64,000 nt of DNA, taken from the NCBI RefSeq assembly GCF_009914755.1, contig NC_060930.1; one strand, given 5' to 3'. The notes under the pieces were generated by a model, which did no database searches, was not told the DNA's origin, and saw nothing but the letters and a program-made list of their open reading frames with translations. Numbering within the stretch: position 1 is the stretch's first letter; each line of letters begins with the position of its first letter. A program made the translations under genes and the position numbers. Positions 13,661 to 30,377 of this stretch are shown here, piece after piece. The stretch is from the human T2T-CHM13v2.0 reference genome, Homo sapiens.

Positions 13661-13841
13661 GGCCCCCATCCTCCTCTCTCCGGGCCCCCCGTCCTTCTCT
13701 CCTCGGGCCTCCATCCTCCTCTCCCGGGGGCTCCATTCTCCTCTCCCCGGGGCCCCGTCCTCCTCTCTCGGGGGTCCCCATCCTCCTCTCCCCTGGGCCC
13801 CTGTCCTCCTCGCCCCGGGGCTCTGGTCCCTTCCCTGGGGG
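13661..13841. repeat. Degenerate ~22-bp C-rich minisatellite (~8 units, consensus ~GGCCCCATCCTCCTCTCCCCGG)
   Basis: Recurring CC(A/G)TCCTCCTCTC...GGG at 22-23 bp period. Confidence 0.85.
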
Positions 13842-14156
13842 CGGCCGCTGCGCTAGCGGCCGAGGCTTCCCGTTATCCTGCAGGCAGCAAGTCATCACCA
13901 CCTCGTGGGGCCCTGGAGGTGCATTTTCCTCAGTCGCGCATTTGTCTCGGGGGCTCCCAGCCCTGCCTTCTAAAAATGCTTAGACGGGAGGGGTCACCAG
14001 CCCCGCACGGTGCGCCCAGCTTCCTTGGTCTCACTGGAGGCGACACTCTCTTGGAGGGGCTGGGGTGCAGGGGACTGAGCAACAGACCCCCAAACGATCA
14101 GTCACTGCTCCTCGAAACAAATCCATGAAGGTACAATGCCTTGCATCGTAGAATGA

Positions 14157-14567
<411 letters not shown>

Positions 14568-14634
14568 GCCAGGGGCTTTTTAAAAAGATGGTTCCCTTTT
14601 TGTTTCTCTTTCAGTAACCTGATTAACTGCACGC

Positions 14635-14910
14635 GTTCATTTATTCAACCATTATTGCCATGTGGCTGCTTGGAGTCTGCCATTCTCATGTGAAGGAGAC
14701 ACGGTCCCTGCCCTCCTGGAGTTTATATTCCAGCAGAAGAAAGGTGCAAATGAAGCAGTGCACATCTCCTCTCAGGAAGGGATGGATGCTTCGAGGAAAA
14801 TCAAGCCAGCAGGGAGGGGAGCTGTTTATAGAAGGGGAAGGGCCTCAAAGGGCATTGTGGGCAGAGGGGGGGACCCAGCCTCCCTGCAGAGATCACATGC
14901 AGCTGGGTAA
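14635..14910 (-). mobile_element. L2 3' fragment
   Basis: TTCATTTATTCAAC, GGTCCCTGCCCTCCTGGAGTTTATATTCCAG. Confidence 0.65.
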
Positions 14911-15796
14911 AGTCATGGGAGCCAGACAGAGTGTCCTGTTTCTCACACAGGAAAACTCACTCCTCCATATTTTTATATAAATTATCAAGATATTTCCAGC
15001 AAAAGCAGATTTTGGGAGGGCTTGAGCTGTCGGGATGGTTGCCTCGGGTTTCCACGTTGTTTTGCATGTGGAGACAAAGTCTGATTCCAAGCCTTCTTTA
15101 CGAGCACTTCTTAAAACTTATCTTCTATTTGCAGAAAGCAACCGCTCCCTATGGCTAATATTGCAGAGGTTGCTTAGAGCAAAGTTTTCACTCAGGGCTA
15201 AAATTGGCTGAGATGTTTGGTGGCGCTCAGTGTAGCCTCCCAGTGGGGCAGGAATGAGAAAAAATGTCATGATCCCATAATATACCCATTATAATGGAAG
15301 CATTAATTTAACCAAATAACGGGTTCTTTATATTTTTCACAGAGATTGCTCTGTCAGAACAGCTAGTGCATAAGATATGAAAAGGAACAATCTTTCCAGG
15401 TAATGTAGGGAAAAATGTAATTTTGCAACACTTGATAGAGCAAGAGGCCAGAAATTGAGATTGAGGGAAGATGTTGGTTTCTGTATAAAGAACATCAATA
15501 GTACATGCAAGAAAATATCTCCAACTTTTGTTTTCTTTTTTCTTTCATTTTAAGAATTAAAAAATGATAAAATCTTAAAATGCAAGGAGACTGTGTTAAG
15601 GTCCTGCTTATAAGCAGGGTAGAAAATGAAAAAGGTGATTTCAATGGTAGAGGCTACATTTAGCTTTTTATTTTTTAATGAACAGCTCATAAAATTTCTA
15701 ACTGAGTAGAAATTAAATGAATAAATAAAAGGCAATTCTTCCCTAACTTAGGAAAAATCTGAAATTCCATTTCTCAAGAACATAGTACATAGGTGA

Positions 15797-16694
15797 TGTC
15801 TTAGTTATCTATTACTATATAAGAAATGACTCCTAAGTTTAATGGTTTTAAATAACAAAGCTTTCTTATCTCAGCTTAGCTGGCTACCTATCTCTGAGTC
15901 TCCCAGGGGGCTGCAGCCAAGGTGTCAGCTGGGGCTGCAGTCTCATCGGAAGGCTCAACAGGGAAAGCATCTCTCTCCAAGCTCACTTATGTGGTTGTCA
16001 GCAGGAGGTAGCTCCTCACTGGCTATTATCTGGAGGCTAGCCTCAGCTCCTTGCCGGGTGGGCCTCTCCACAAGGCAGCTGACACCATGGCAGCCAGCAT
16101 CTCTGATATGGTTTGGCTGTGTCCCCACCCAAATCTCATCTTGAATTGTAGCTCCCATAATCCCCATGTGTCATGGGAGGGACCTGGTGGGAGGTAACTG
16201 AATCATGGGGGTGGGTTTTTCTGTGCTGTTCTTGTGGTAGTGAACAAGTCTCATGAGATCTGATGGTTTTATAAAGGGCAGTTCCCCTACACACACTCTC
16301 TTGCCTGCTGCCATGCAAGACATGCCTTTGCTCCTCATTTGCCTTATGCTATGATTGTGAGGCCTCCCCAGCTATGCGGAACTATGAGTCCATTAAACCT
16401 CTTTTTCTTTATAAATTACCAAGTCTTGGTTATTTCTTTATAGCAGTATGAAAATGGACTAATAGAATCTTTCAGAATGAGCAAGAAGAGAGGGAGAGGG
16501 AAAAGGCATGGAAGACAAAGCCTCTGCCTCTTTGTAACTTAACCTCAGAAGTGACATCCATCACTTTTGCTGTGTTCCATTCATTAGAAGCCAGTTACTA
16601 GGTCCAGTCCATGCTTGAGGGGAGGCGATTGCACAGGAGGTGAACACCAGGGTTTGGGGATCATTGGGAGTCATCGTAGAGGCTGCTGACCACA
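15797..16694 (-). mobile_element. MLT1 (F/G/H-like) LTR interrupted by THE1
   Basis: TGTCTTAGTTATCTATT...GACCACA termini; TSD GGTGA/GGCGA. Confidence 0.82.
16104..16466 (+). mobile_element. THE1 (THE1D-like) solo LTR nested in MLT1
   Basis: TGATATGGTTTGGCTGTGTCCCCACCCAAATCTCATCTTGAATTGTAGCTCCC start; ATGGACTAATAGA end; TSD ATCTC/ATCTT. Confidence 0.93.
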
Positions 16695-18009
16695 GGCGAT
16701 ATCTGTGTACCTGCGTAGCTGTGATCAGTCTGCACTAGCAAGAAAACTTTCCACAAATCTCAGTACATTAATGTGCTTAAGCGGAGAAATTTGAAGTGAG
16801 TTCATATCATTTTTTGGAAGGGCCAAAAGGATATTTTGGGCAAAAGTATGCTCGTGAAAGTTATGGAAGAGGGAAGAAGGGAGCGGGTGAGCCCTTTGAG
16901 GGACTCCAGGCTGAGCCTATGATCTAACAATACATTGAATAAATTATTAATAACTGGTCATCAGAAACAGCAAACTGCTTTCCACTCCCAGGCCTTTTGA
17001 GCAGGCGCTGGGAAAAGCTATAACGTTGCTGGTTTCCGAAGTCCTGGGCGGTCAGCAGACTGCATATCTGGAGGCAACTGTCCCATCCCGCTGTGTTCTC
17101 TGCTCATTAGCCTCTGTGCTTCCTGCTTTCCGAAGAGTGAGTGACAAAGGGGTAGATGCAGTAGCTTTGACTTTCGGATCACAAGCTCGGGTGATCAAGA
17201 AAAGTAAGCTACTGAGTTTTTCAAAAACCAGTTACGTAATTTCCACGTTTCTAAGCCTCAGTTTGACTCTCTCTACTGCTGTTTGCTAAGCTGCACCTGA
17301 GTTTCAGGGAGGGTGGGGGAGAGCTACTTCAGGGAGGAAGCGCTGGGAGCAGTGTTTGCTCCCTGGCTATCACGTCCACGCTTGCACCTGCCGAAATGTT
17401 CTCTGCTCTGCTGGGTCCCCGGGGTCTGAGGATGAGTCACCCGCCTCTGTTTGTGAGGCCCTGGGGCTGTCATCTCCATGAGACGGAGGTAGTTGGGGCT
17501 GGTCCTGCTGCTCTGGAAGTTGCTGCGGCTCTGGCAGGTCCCCGAGGCTGGTCCAGGTGCTGCTTGCCCAGACTTGCCATGCAGCCCTTTCTCCTTAGGG
17601 TTGGCATCTTTCCAGAGCTCTACCTGTGCAGGAAAGGTACGGGTCTCCATACCCTGGGTCACAGACGCCTCCCTGGCCTGCGGAGGAATCCCCTCTCCTG
17701 CCCCCTGTGGTGGGTGGAGGAGAAGGACCCCTTCTCAGATGCCTGCCCTGAAGCTCCACCTCCCTTCGATTTTTCTTCTCAGCAAGTCACTTTCTGGATG
17801 GTGATGGAAAGCATCACTCTGAGCCCTCACAGATTTCTCCAAAGGCTTTTGTGCTGGCCCTAGGTGCTTTCAGTGTCCTTCAAGGCCATGCTTTCAAACT
17901 CAAAGGCCAAGGAGTGTGTGCCTCCCTGAAGGCTGCAGATTTCCCTGGAACTGTTGGCTGTCCGGGGTCGGTGTTGGTGGCGGAGTGTTCTGGGGGGCTT
18001 GAAATAGCC

Positions 18010-18420
18010 GTGTGTGCCTGTGTGAACCAGTGTGTGACTGTGTGCACCTGCATGTACAACTGAGTAGGAGTGAGTGTGAGCGAATGAGAGTGTGGATGAC
18101 TGTGTGAAAGTGAGTGTATGTATGAATGACAGTGACTGTGTGTGTGTAAGACTGAGTGTGAGTGTGAGTGGAGTTTGAGCAAATGAGAGTGTGAATGAGT
18201 ATGTGAAAGTGAGTGTGAGTGTGTGTATGAATGAGTGACTGGGTGTATGAGCGTGAATGTGTGTGTAAGACTGAGTGTATGAGTGTGAGTGTGTATGCGT
18301 GTGAGTGTAAGACTGAGTTTATGAGCGAGTGTGTGTATGCATGTGAGCGTGTATGTGTGTTAGTGGGTGTCTATGTGTGTTAGTGAGTGCGTATGCATGT
18401 GAGTGAGAGAGTGTGTGTGC
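18010..18420. repeat. TG/TGAG-rich low-complexity tract
   Basis: Mixed GTGT/GAGT/GTAT units. Confidence 0.92.
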
Positions 18421-19237
18421 AGTGGTTAACATCTCACAGACATTTCCTGGCCACACAAAGGACATCGAGGAGTCCGGGATCCTAACTGAAGCTGGATGGG
18501 AACGGCCGAGGTAAGGCCTAGTGAGAAGTCAGGGAGTGTGGGGGAGTGGAGACTGAACACGGGAAAGATGTGTGGGTGGTCTGGCAGAGAGACCTGAGAA
18601 AAGATGACAGCCCCTCGCTCCCCGGTATGTGTAGCTATCAGGCAGCCGCTTATCCCCAGGGATGAGGAACTGAGGCCAGAAGAGGGTGGAAGCGCCAGGG
18701 AGGCAGGGTCGGTGTGGGACGGGAGGCCCTGTTATTCCCAGGCCTCTGCAGGTGGACAGAAGCCCCCCGGTCGTTGCCTCCAGGGTACTGTCCTGCTCTT
18801 GCCTGCAGCTTGAAATACGAAGGCAAATCAATACAAAGGCTGCGAGCCCCTCGATGCATCTGGGGACATTTGCATCAGCTCATGTTTTCAAATGCGCAAT
18901 TACTCTGGGAGGCTCTGGGCTGGGGAGAATGTACCTCTTCATAGTTGTGTGAGCGAGTGTGTGTATGAATGACTGACTTCAGATTTACAAGCAAGATGTT
19001 ACAGTCAAATTTTTACGTAACTATGATAATCAGAGTTTCTATTTTGGTTCTGAAGAATTAAATGATACAATCACAGAGACAATGACTTTTTAAGATTGTG
19101 TGTGTCTTATGATCTTTCCACCCTATGGCCTTTTGTTAATTGTAATTATTTTTTCCACAGATAGACTCTATCGAGTCAGGCATGTTGAGTGATGCTCACA
19201 TTTAGTCTTGACCGCGGTCAGTCCTGCATGGCAGGCA

Positions 19238-19345
19238 TCCTCACAAACTCCGTACAGGTGAGGAAACAAAACAGAAGAGATTAAGTCACTTGCTCACGTT
19301 CTCCCAGCAAGAAAAGGTTGAGAGCTGGGCTTTCACCCTGCAGGT
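19238..19345 (-). mobile_element. MIR fragment
   Basis: ACAGGTGAGGAAAC...AGAGATTAAGTCACTTGCTCA core. Confidence 0.7.
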
Positions 19346-20199
19346 TGCGTGGAAAACCTTTCCCATCCACACATTCTGCCTGGCTTCCCTGCTCTGCATG
19401 GGAGAATATCGTCTGGACTCCTTTCAGAGCCCCTGACCAGAATTTAAGCTTGTTGAAGATAGGGACCTGGAACACAGCAGGCAGTCAATAAACACTTTCT
19501 GAATTAAACAATTAAACATAAAGACATTAAGTAATGTGGGTGATGAAATACATATTTAAAAAAGTGGTTTTGTGTTGAGGCTGAAAGTCATTTAAAAATG
19601 CAGTGTTCTATAAGAATCTGATATTTGTAAAGAAATCATAAATAGCTTAGGTGCTAGGAATGCAAATTTATGATCACCACAGACAACACTGGACATCAAC
19701 AAATAACGTTTGTTCAAACACCAGTGGTTTCGTTATGAATTATTTAACTTCTCTTTCAACATGGAAAATAATTCAGATGTGATTGCATCTTTTTCTAATG
19801 TCAAATGTGCTGTACCTCTACGGATGGGAACCGGGAGTTGCTGGATAAACATGGACCGGCCAATGCCACGTGGGTGTGCAGGTCGGGTGGCCCTTCCAGT
19901 CTCAGGAGCGCTCCAGGAAGTCCCTGAGTGAGAGAGGCATAGAGTGGAGTGAGAAGGTGACACTGCCCCAAATCTGGATACTTGGAAGCACCAGATGATT
20001 ATCTACTGAAGGGGGACAGTGTCTCCACGATCGTTGGAAGCAGTGAGTGCCATGGAAGATGTTAAGGAGAAGGGACCACTCTCAGGGGCTCCTGGGACGG
20101 CCGAGGAGCCGGGAGTCCAGGCAACCTCGACAGGCTGTGGGGATGGGACCCAATCGCTCACAGTACAGAGGGAGCTTCACGGGGATTACATAATCCCAG

Positions 20200-20345
20200 T
20201 AGCCCCCCGTGAGGTGCTACCATTGTCTCCATTTTACAAACTGGTGAGGTAAGTCTTAGAGAGGTAACGTGACTTCCTCAAGGCTTTCCAAGGAAACTGG
20301 AATTTGCACTCAGATGTTCTGACTTTTGAACGTGTGCTCTTCACC
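20200..20345 (-). mobile_element. MIR fragment
   Basis: CTCCATTTTACA...AGAGAGGTAACGTGACTTCCTCAAGG. Confidence 0.65.
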
Positions 20346-21193
20346 CCAGCACAGTGCTGTCTGTCTCTGGAGTCTGGTGGTGGATCTGAAAAGTTAATGT
20401 AAATTTTGCATTTCACTTCCCATACTCCTTGTCTCAGTCTCTTTCATGAGATGACTCAGGTTTTGAAATGGGGACCTGAGAAAGACGTGAACCCCCTAGA
20501 TTCTGCCTTTGTGACCTAGGAGCACCTTTAGAGCAGAGAGCAATGGACTTGGTCTATGTTAGCTTGACTCTTCATAGCAATTATAGCCTTGACTGAAATT
20601 CAATATTATATCCTGGGGTATTTCCATGTTTGGTAGCACCTCAGCTACAGATATGGTCCACCCACAACAGTGTTCTTTATGTTGGGACATCTGGGATTAA
20701 CTTCTTGAAATATGGTGCTAGGAAGGATTTCATGTTCCTAAAGAATAAGTATGTAACCTCTGTGCTTGGTCCACCACAAGGGCCAAATATAGTACTTAAT
20801 TCAACCCCAGTTTAAAGTTAATCCCACGCAACCTCTGCATATTTGGGAAAAAAATAACAATATGGATTTTCATGTATTTTCCCACTTTCCTTGAGAAATT
20901 TCAGATCGCTTCAAGTAGCTTTTGTGCACTTGGAAATGGGAACTTACCATAAGCCTTTCTAAATCTTTTCTTGGAAGTATGTAGGAGTTGAACTATAAAC
21001 GTAAGAGCATAAATATTTCACTCATTACACAGACCTCACCACACACCATACAACATTTTGTTATGAGTGTGGCCTAGGTGACAACATCCACATTCTGTGT
21101 CTCTGTGCACCACAAGAAGCAGGGGTTGGCAAACTACAGGACGTGGGCCAAATCTAGCCCACTGCATATTTTTATGAATAAAGTTTTATTTAG

Positions 21194-21737
<544 letters not shown>

Positions 21738-23841
21738 TCTCTAGCATGTTTTCAATGTGGCCCTTTACAGAACAAGTTTGCTGACCCCTGGAATAAAATG
21801 TAAAAGACGGGCAGCACCATAGAAGTTTCTGTCTAAAGAGAATTTCAGCTAACTGGCTAGATAGTAGGAACACACTTAATTTTTTTGCAAGTGGTGGGGG
21901 CAAGGAGGGGAGTAAATAGTTCTGCTATAAGGCTCTTCATTTTACGCTGAGTGCAGTGAGGTCCTAGATTCAGAAAACAGGGGTTCCAGTAGGAATTCTT
22001 CCACTCAACAGGTGTCTGTGGGAAACGACTTCATCTTCACAAAAACCTTAGCTGCTTGACCTACCTCTTAGCATGGCTGAGAGGGTCAAAAGGAAGAATG
22101 GAAATGAATTTCTCTACAAAGTGTTATTTTTGTGGCAGTTCGGGCTTAAGAGCTATGTTGAGCTCTGGACAACGATATTTTTCACCATCCGTTTGTTCAG
22201 GGACCCATTTAAACTAACAACTGTCTAGTACCGTCCCAATCTACCCTCAGTTAGATTTTCAGAGTAGTTTGTTAAATGATGTATCTATTATTGTAACTTT
22301 CGGTTCACATCGTGTGGGAGAGAATTAGAATCTATTCATTCTGAAACTTGAGGAATGGGAATTGACAATATAGATATGGAAGCCACCAAAGGAAAAACTG
22401 AAGAATTGAAGCAGTATGATGTATAAATAGGGCAATTTTTAAAATATTTGAGTTAGCCAAATAATTTTCTTTTTTTTCCTGTTCATGGTGTTTGGCTGTG
22501 TAGACATGGCCTTAGTTAAATAAACTCATGAAACATCACCACATTGAGAAAAATCTATATTAGAATAAAATTTAAATGAATTTTCAGTATGGATTGGATG
22601 CAAGAACCCATAAAGATTTATTGCCATTATTTCAAACATCATTGAAATTAGATTTAATTATCTGTGCAATTTGCTGGAAATAGCATTTTAGCATTTTTGA
22701 TCAAGTATATGCCATTAATTTTAAAATAGAAATGTACCAAGCTGGTTTTTAAAACATCTCCCAAAATATAATTTCTAAAGCACTTCTTTGAAAAAGTCTC
22801 TCTTCTTCCTTTCCTCATCCCAAATGTTTTGCCATTCCTAACTCTTAAATTGGCAAACAGATTATTTTTGTTTCTTTGCTTATTCCTTTTTAGACCATGA
22901 CAATTTTGAGTGGCCAGATGGGTTCGGGTGACCGCCCGAGATATTCACATTAGAGGAAGAAAGGAAACAGCTTTGCTCTTCAGTAATTTCAGACTTTTAA
23001 AGGACACAGGTTAATGGCTTTTTATTATTGGGTTTTTCTTTGGGGAAAAGTAATCTTGTATTTTCTCCAGGTATGCCGGTGTCTATACGGCACACGGAAA
23101 AGATGAAATTTATCAAAGTAATTCACTTGGATGTTTCCACCGAGTAGTCATCCTCGGCAGCACGCTTTGTAAGAGCTCATTTTCTATCAAGGTGACGGTG
23201 TTAAGTGTACGGAGCCAAAGCTCCAGAGGCTGCGATTTGTGTTTTCACGCTTGCCTTCTTCACGGAGATCTATTTCATGCAGCTGAAATGCATGGACAGT
23301 GTAGCAAGGCTTCACCTCGTGAGCTGCATGGTAGGAACTTGTCCTAGAATCATCTCCAAGGCCTTCCTCCCACCGTCGCCCACGCCAGCGCTGATATTCC
23401 GGCTTCCCACCTGCCTGCTGCCCCAGCCTCTGTTCTGTGGTTCCTGAGCCCCTGCCTTCCAGTTGGTTCTCTTTGCTGTCCATCCAACCTCGCCTCGCCC
23501 CGTGTCCCGCCCCCTCCCTGCCCTTCGAGGCCTGACCAACCCCACTCCCCCGATCATCCATCATCTGTCACACACGGCACCCCTAGGCGACTCAGGGTTC
23601 GGGGAGGAGGAGACCAGACGGGGCCTTGGCTGGCATGGCCTCTTCACAGGGCTGCCGTGAAGAAACTTCGTGACAGCGGCGGAGAGGTGGCCCAGGAGTG
23701 AGACAAGCAGGCCCCGGGCCTTGGACTCAGACATGCTGGGTCCGGTCAGGCCCGTGTGGGAACCAGTGTTTTAGGGACTGGGTACTCTCTTAGAGAAGAA
23801 CTGATGCTAAAGAGTCAGGAAGACACGAGCGGGCCAAATAA

Positions 23842-24234
<393 letters not shown>

Positions 24235-24369
24235 TCATGTCTGGTTTTTAAGAGAGAGAGAGAGAGTCAGAGAAAAGGAGGGGGGTGGAGAGAGAGAGAG
24301 AGAGAGAGAGAGAATAGAAAGAATGCTTACATGAACACACAAGAGAATGAAGTAAAAATAAAAACGCCA

Positions 24370-24852
24370 GTTGGTAGATTGCAAAACTCTTCTCAGTTTT
24401 GAGACTTTATTGTTCTTCCCACAGAAACCACCCTCAGGGCCCCCTTGAATCCGAGCGAACCTTGTGAAGATATGCTTCCACCAACAAGACGTGGAGAGAG
24501 TGATATTCCCTCGGCTTTCACAGGCCTGCAGCCTCTGTCTCACTCTCTTGGAAGGCTGCCCTGAGAGCGCCACGGAGAGCACTAGGCCCACCTGCGGGAG
24601 GGTGAGAGGCCGCATGAAGGGAACCTGAGGCACCCAGCCAGGACCTAGCACCCACAGCCAGGCATGCTGGTGAGGCCCACTCAGTCCTTCCCAGCCAATA
24701 GTCCAGCTCGATGCAGCTGCAGGAGCGAGCCCAGGTGAGAGCAGCTGAGGAACCACCCACCCGCCGACCCACAGAAGTGCAAACAGCCATAAACTGTGTT
24801 TAAGTCACTGAGTTTTGGGGTCATTTGTGGTGCAGCAAATGCAACGGAACCA
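24370..24852 (+). mobile_element. MLT1H-like LTR
   Basis: GAGGAACCACCCA...CCCACAGAA...TTTAAGTCACTGAGTTTTGGGGTCATTTGTGGTGCAGCAA 3' end. Confidence 0.72.
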
Positions 24853-25725
24853 GGCTGCTTTACTAAAGTCGCGGTAAGATCTGTTGGGATGTGTCTTGTA
24901 CTACTCAGGAAGAACACAGCGTTCTCCTAAGTGCTGAGGGAACTTACTGTCCCAGCACCGGGAGCGAGAATCTTTCTCATGGAGGGAGTGTTCCTTGGGC
25001 AGTGGGTTGATGGTGGGGCTGTGTGAGTCTTTGAGAACTGCTTTGGTGCAAAAAGGGAAACCTGAGGGGCCGAGGTAGCAGCAGTTTTCACATGAGGAAT
25101 TGGCAGCAGCTGGGGGTTAGGGAGGGAGCGGGAAAGACCGAGCTGAGCACCACTTTGGGAGGGGCGCCGGGTTTGCAAAAATGTCTGAAGGACTTTGGAG
25201 AGGCTCACAGTGGATTTGCTGCAATGTAAATGCCTCGGTTACACACAGAGCTGATGCGAGTGTTTGGACACCCTGGGACATCTGAACGACACACGATTTC
25301 AGTGCATTGAGGACCCCAGAGGTTCTGACTCAGGGCAGGTCTGGTGATGTTGTGGTGGAAGCTCTTTTTTCATCGCCCAAAGGAGGCTAAGTGGGCAGGA
25401 AGGGCCTCATGAGCAGGCATCCCAGTGGGGCCAACCAGAGAGCAAGGAAAACGGGGAGGGGACCCCAAAGCCCCAGCTCAGCATTCGTTAATGCTGGTGT
25501 GACGTCTCTGGAGGGTGCCTGAACTAACTGGAGATGGGGGTCACACGGGGCAGGTGGAACAGAGATCCACTCTCAAGAGGAGAAGAGAAGATAGAAAAGT
25601 AGTCCTGCAATGTGACTCCGTTCTAAACTTGGCACCAGTGAGAATGGGGGAAGCAGAGACATGCAGAGAAAGCCAGAAATGCGGGGGACCGCTCAGTACG
25701 TGTTTTTGGCTGGAGTGAATGGTGA

Positions 25726-26126
<401 letters not shown>

Positions 26127-26191
26127 TGTTTTCCTTTAAAAAAAAAGATGTGCTCCCATTAAGTAAATAACCCCTTATTAACATTCTTCTG

Positions 26192-27048
<857 letters not shown>

Positions 27049-27089
27049 GTATCTCTGTGTAATTTGGTCTCAGGAAATTACTGAAGGCT

Positions 27090-27748
<659 letters not shown>

Positions 27749-29004
27749 TCACTACAGGTTGCATTTTATTTCCTACCTTTCTCATGACAGACCTCAGAAG
27801 GACCTACACTCCCATATGACCTAGTGGCCTCTGATGTTCTCCTCACTCTGGCCACTTTGATGGTTCAAGGTCAGCCTGCTTCTCTGACTTCAAGGTTGAG
27901 GGTCTGGAGCTGACCTTCTCCAGATAAAATGGGGGAAAGGCAGAAAGTATTTTCTCTGTACTTTGGTTCTACAGAATTTACTTCTTGACTCCACAGAGTT
28001 GAAAGAGAAAAACTGGAGCAAATGAAGAGAACCAGGGAAAATAACCTATCAGCGCCCTGTACTCGGAAGTCATGCTTCAAGCGACAGGAAGGGACTACCT
28101 GCCATCGAGAGTGGTCACAGAGAACGTGTTCACCAGATCCATGCTCACCTTTCATGCCAACCCGGCTTCATGGGGAAATTAGTTTGGTAGGATTACCGTG
28201 TCAGAGCTGGTACATGCTAACGTGGGAACCCAAATATGAGTGGGTTTACATCTTGTTAGGTTCTCCTGAGATCTCTAGATGATATTTTTTATCTTTTTTT
28301 TCCCTTTGTTCCTAAGTGTGCTGAGGTTATTTCAAGCACAGTCAATTCAAAATCAACCTCTGCTGTATTTCTGCAGCCGGGGCTCGGAGCACTGAGGTGA
28401 TTCAATGCAGTAATTAACGTCAAACACGAAACAATCAGTGTGTGTGGGTGATCACGTCTAAACAACTCAAAAAGAAAGACCCGGTGTGTTTGGCATGTTT
28501 AGATACAGACTCTCACCTCGTTTGCCTTCACGGATTCCAGGTTGGATTGTAGATGATGAATAATGAGCACATTACTCATGCCCTGAAAGCATGACATTGG
28601 CAAATCACATCGTTGTTGCAGTCTTAAGAAATACTGCATGATTCTGTTTTGACATATTTTATTTTCGGGAAGGAGAGCAGTTATCTATATGGGCTCACCT
28701 CAAAGTGCCTACAACTGATGGAGCATTATCATATTCCATAAATAATTTGGGCACGAATGTCATTATAGGTATAAATCAAAAGGACAACTTTTGCTTCCAG
28801 ATTTGCCTGTGTTTGTAAATTTATATTGTATTCAGTAAGGAAGGAGGTAACCTGCAGAGCTGTTCAAATGGCTTAAAGCTCACTAGCTGTTGGGAGCCAG
28901 GCAGCAAAACTAAGAAGCTGTAGCTTTATTGGCTGGTGTTAAAAAGAACTGACGCTTATGAAGTAGATGGGAGAGGAAGCCATTGTAGAAGCTGGCTATG
29001 GTCC

Positions 29005-29125
29005 AGAGCTGCGGTTCTCAAACCTGCGCGGGCATCGGAGTCACCGGCAGACTTGCTGAACACAGGTTGCTGGGCTCCACCCCAGACTTTCTGGTTCACT
29101 GCATTTCTGACCAGGCCGATGTGAT
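29005..29125. mobile_element. MER5A-like fragment
   Basis: GCGGTTCTCAAAC TIR, TTGCTGGGCTCCACCCCAGA. Confidence 0.7.
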
Positions 29126-29639
29126 GCCGAGCCCACATTCACAACCCTTCACCAGAGATCAAAGTGTTCCTCATGGGAAGAAAGTTGGACTTTGCTTTAG
29201 GGAAGCACTTTGATGAGACCCTTCCATTGACAAGTTCAAGACTCCTCCTTAAGCTAGTTCGGATTCAAAAGCAGAATTCAAAAAGTAGTAAGGCAACGTG
29301 AAAGTGAAGTTGCCCTGTATAATAAAGCAAGGGGAGTTTTGTTGTTGGATGGTAGCTGGAGGGCAGAGATAGGACCGTGGATGATGGGGAGAAAGGTGAA
29401 AGGACCAGGGGTACACTCTATAGTAAGATGGTGGCAGACCTGGAATCCACATGGTAAGAAACTTCCTGAGGCTGGAAAGGGCCAATGAATCCCCAGAAAG
29501 AGTGGCGTCAGATGTTCAATGCGAAGTTTTCCTGAACTGTGCTGCTGTTTTTCCTGTGATCCCCAACTCTGACCTCCACCATTATCCCCAGCATTTACTA
29601 AAGATCAGGTCTATTCACTAGCCTCACTGAGTTCTTTAG

Positions 29640-29980
29640 GATCTTGCCACTCAGGGTGTGATCTATGGACCTACAGCAAGCTGGCCTTCCAGAGAGCTTC
29701 TCAGAAATGCAGAATCTAAGGCTCCACCCCCACCGACTGAATTGAAGTCTGGAGTTTAACAAGATCCCTGTGATGTGTTTGTGCATTTGTGTTTAAAGGA
29801 ACTTTTAAGGCAGAGTTGTCCAGACTTCTATGATATCACTGTTGCCCGGGACACTTTTTAGGCATGCATATTTTGGGCCCTACTCCAGCCTTTTGAATCA
29901 GAGTTGTCCAGAGAGAGGCCTAGGAGTCTGTGTTTCTAATTCTTATGACGGAGCATGTTTGGGAGGAAACTTCTTTAAGG
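29640..29980. mobile_element. Two MER5-family fragments
   Basis: AGAAATGCAGAATCT..GGCTCCACCCC, TTTAACAAGATCCC; GGGCCCTACTCCAG..TGAATCAGA. Confidence 0.65.
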
Positions 29981-30184
29981 GAATGAAGGGGAACTGTTTT
30001 GATGCTTGGGTGGTTAAATCGAGGCAGGGACAGGAGGTCAGCCACAGGAAGCACGCAGCAGGTGGGGATGAAAGTGAACAGAGAGTAGGACTTTGTAGTA
30101 AAAGGTGACAGAAGGACATAAACCCGCTGCAGGAACCTCAGACCGCCTTGGCAGCATTAGGAAGGTCTCTGGATTTGCCCTAGA

Positions 30185-30371
30185 CTGGTTGCTTTCAAGT
30201 GGTGGGGAGGGATTTGGCAACATCTGGAGACACTTTTGGTGGTTACAAGTGGGAGATCTCACTGGCTTCTGGTGGGTAGAAGCCAGAGATGCCGCTAAAC
30301 CTCCTGCAATGCAGGACAGTCCCTCCTACAGTGGCCCCAAATCTTAGCCGTGCTGAAGTTGAGAAACCCTG
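30185..30371 (+). mobile_element. MER20
   Basis: TTTGGCAACATCTGGAGACACTTTTGG, GTGGGTAGAAGCCAGAGATGCCGCTAAAC, GTTGAGAAACCCTG. Confidence 0.85.
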
Positions 30372-30377
30372 GTCTAG

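Larger units (their letters stand above)
13150..14060. promoter_or_regulatory. CpG island, candidate promoter
   Basis: High GC and dense CpGs (CCGCGG, CGCGCGG, GCGGCCGC) against a CpG-depleted background. Confidence 0.8.

Noticed and set aside
13395-14128. Longest ORFs (222 aa and 153 aa) in the CpG island
   Set aside because: Non-ATG starts, Pro/Gly/Ser-rich low complexity from the minisatellite, open in several frames because GC-rich DNA lacks stops; no recognisable domain.
19209-19220. Palindrome TGACCGCGGTCA as an oestrogen response element
   Set aside because: Half-sites are everted rather than GGTCAnnnTGACC, and 12-bp palindromes are expected by chance in 64 kb.
23071-23330. Additional exon after the TATTTTCTCCAG acceptor
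   Set aside because: Good acceptor but no clear donor; cannot be delimited from sequence alone.
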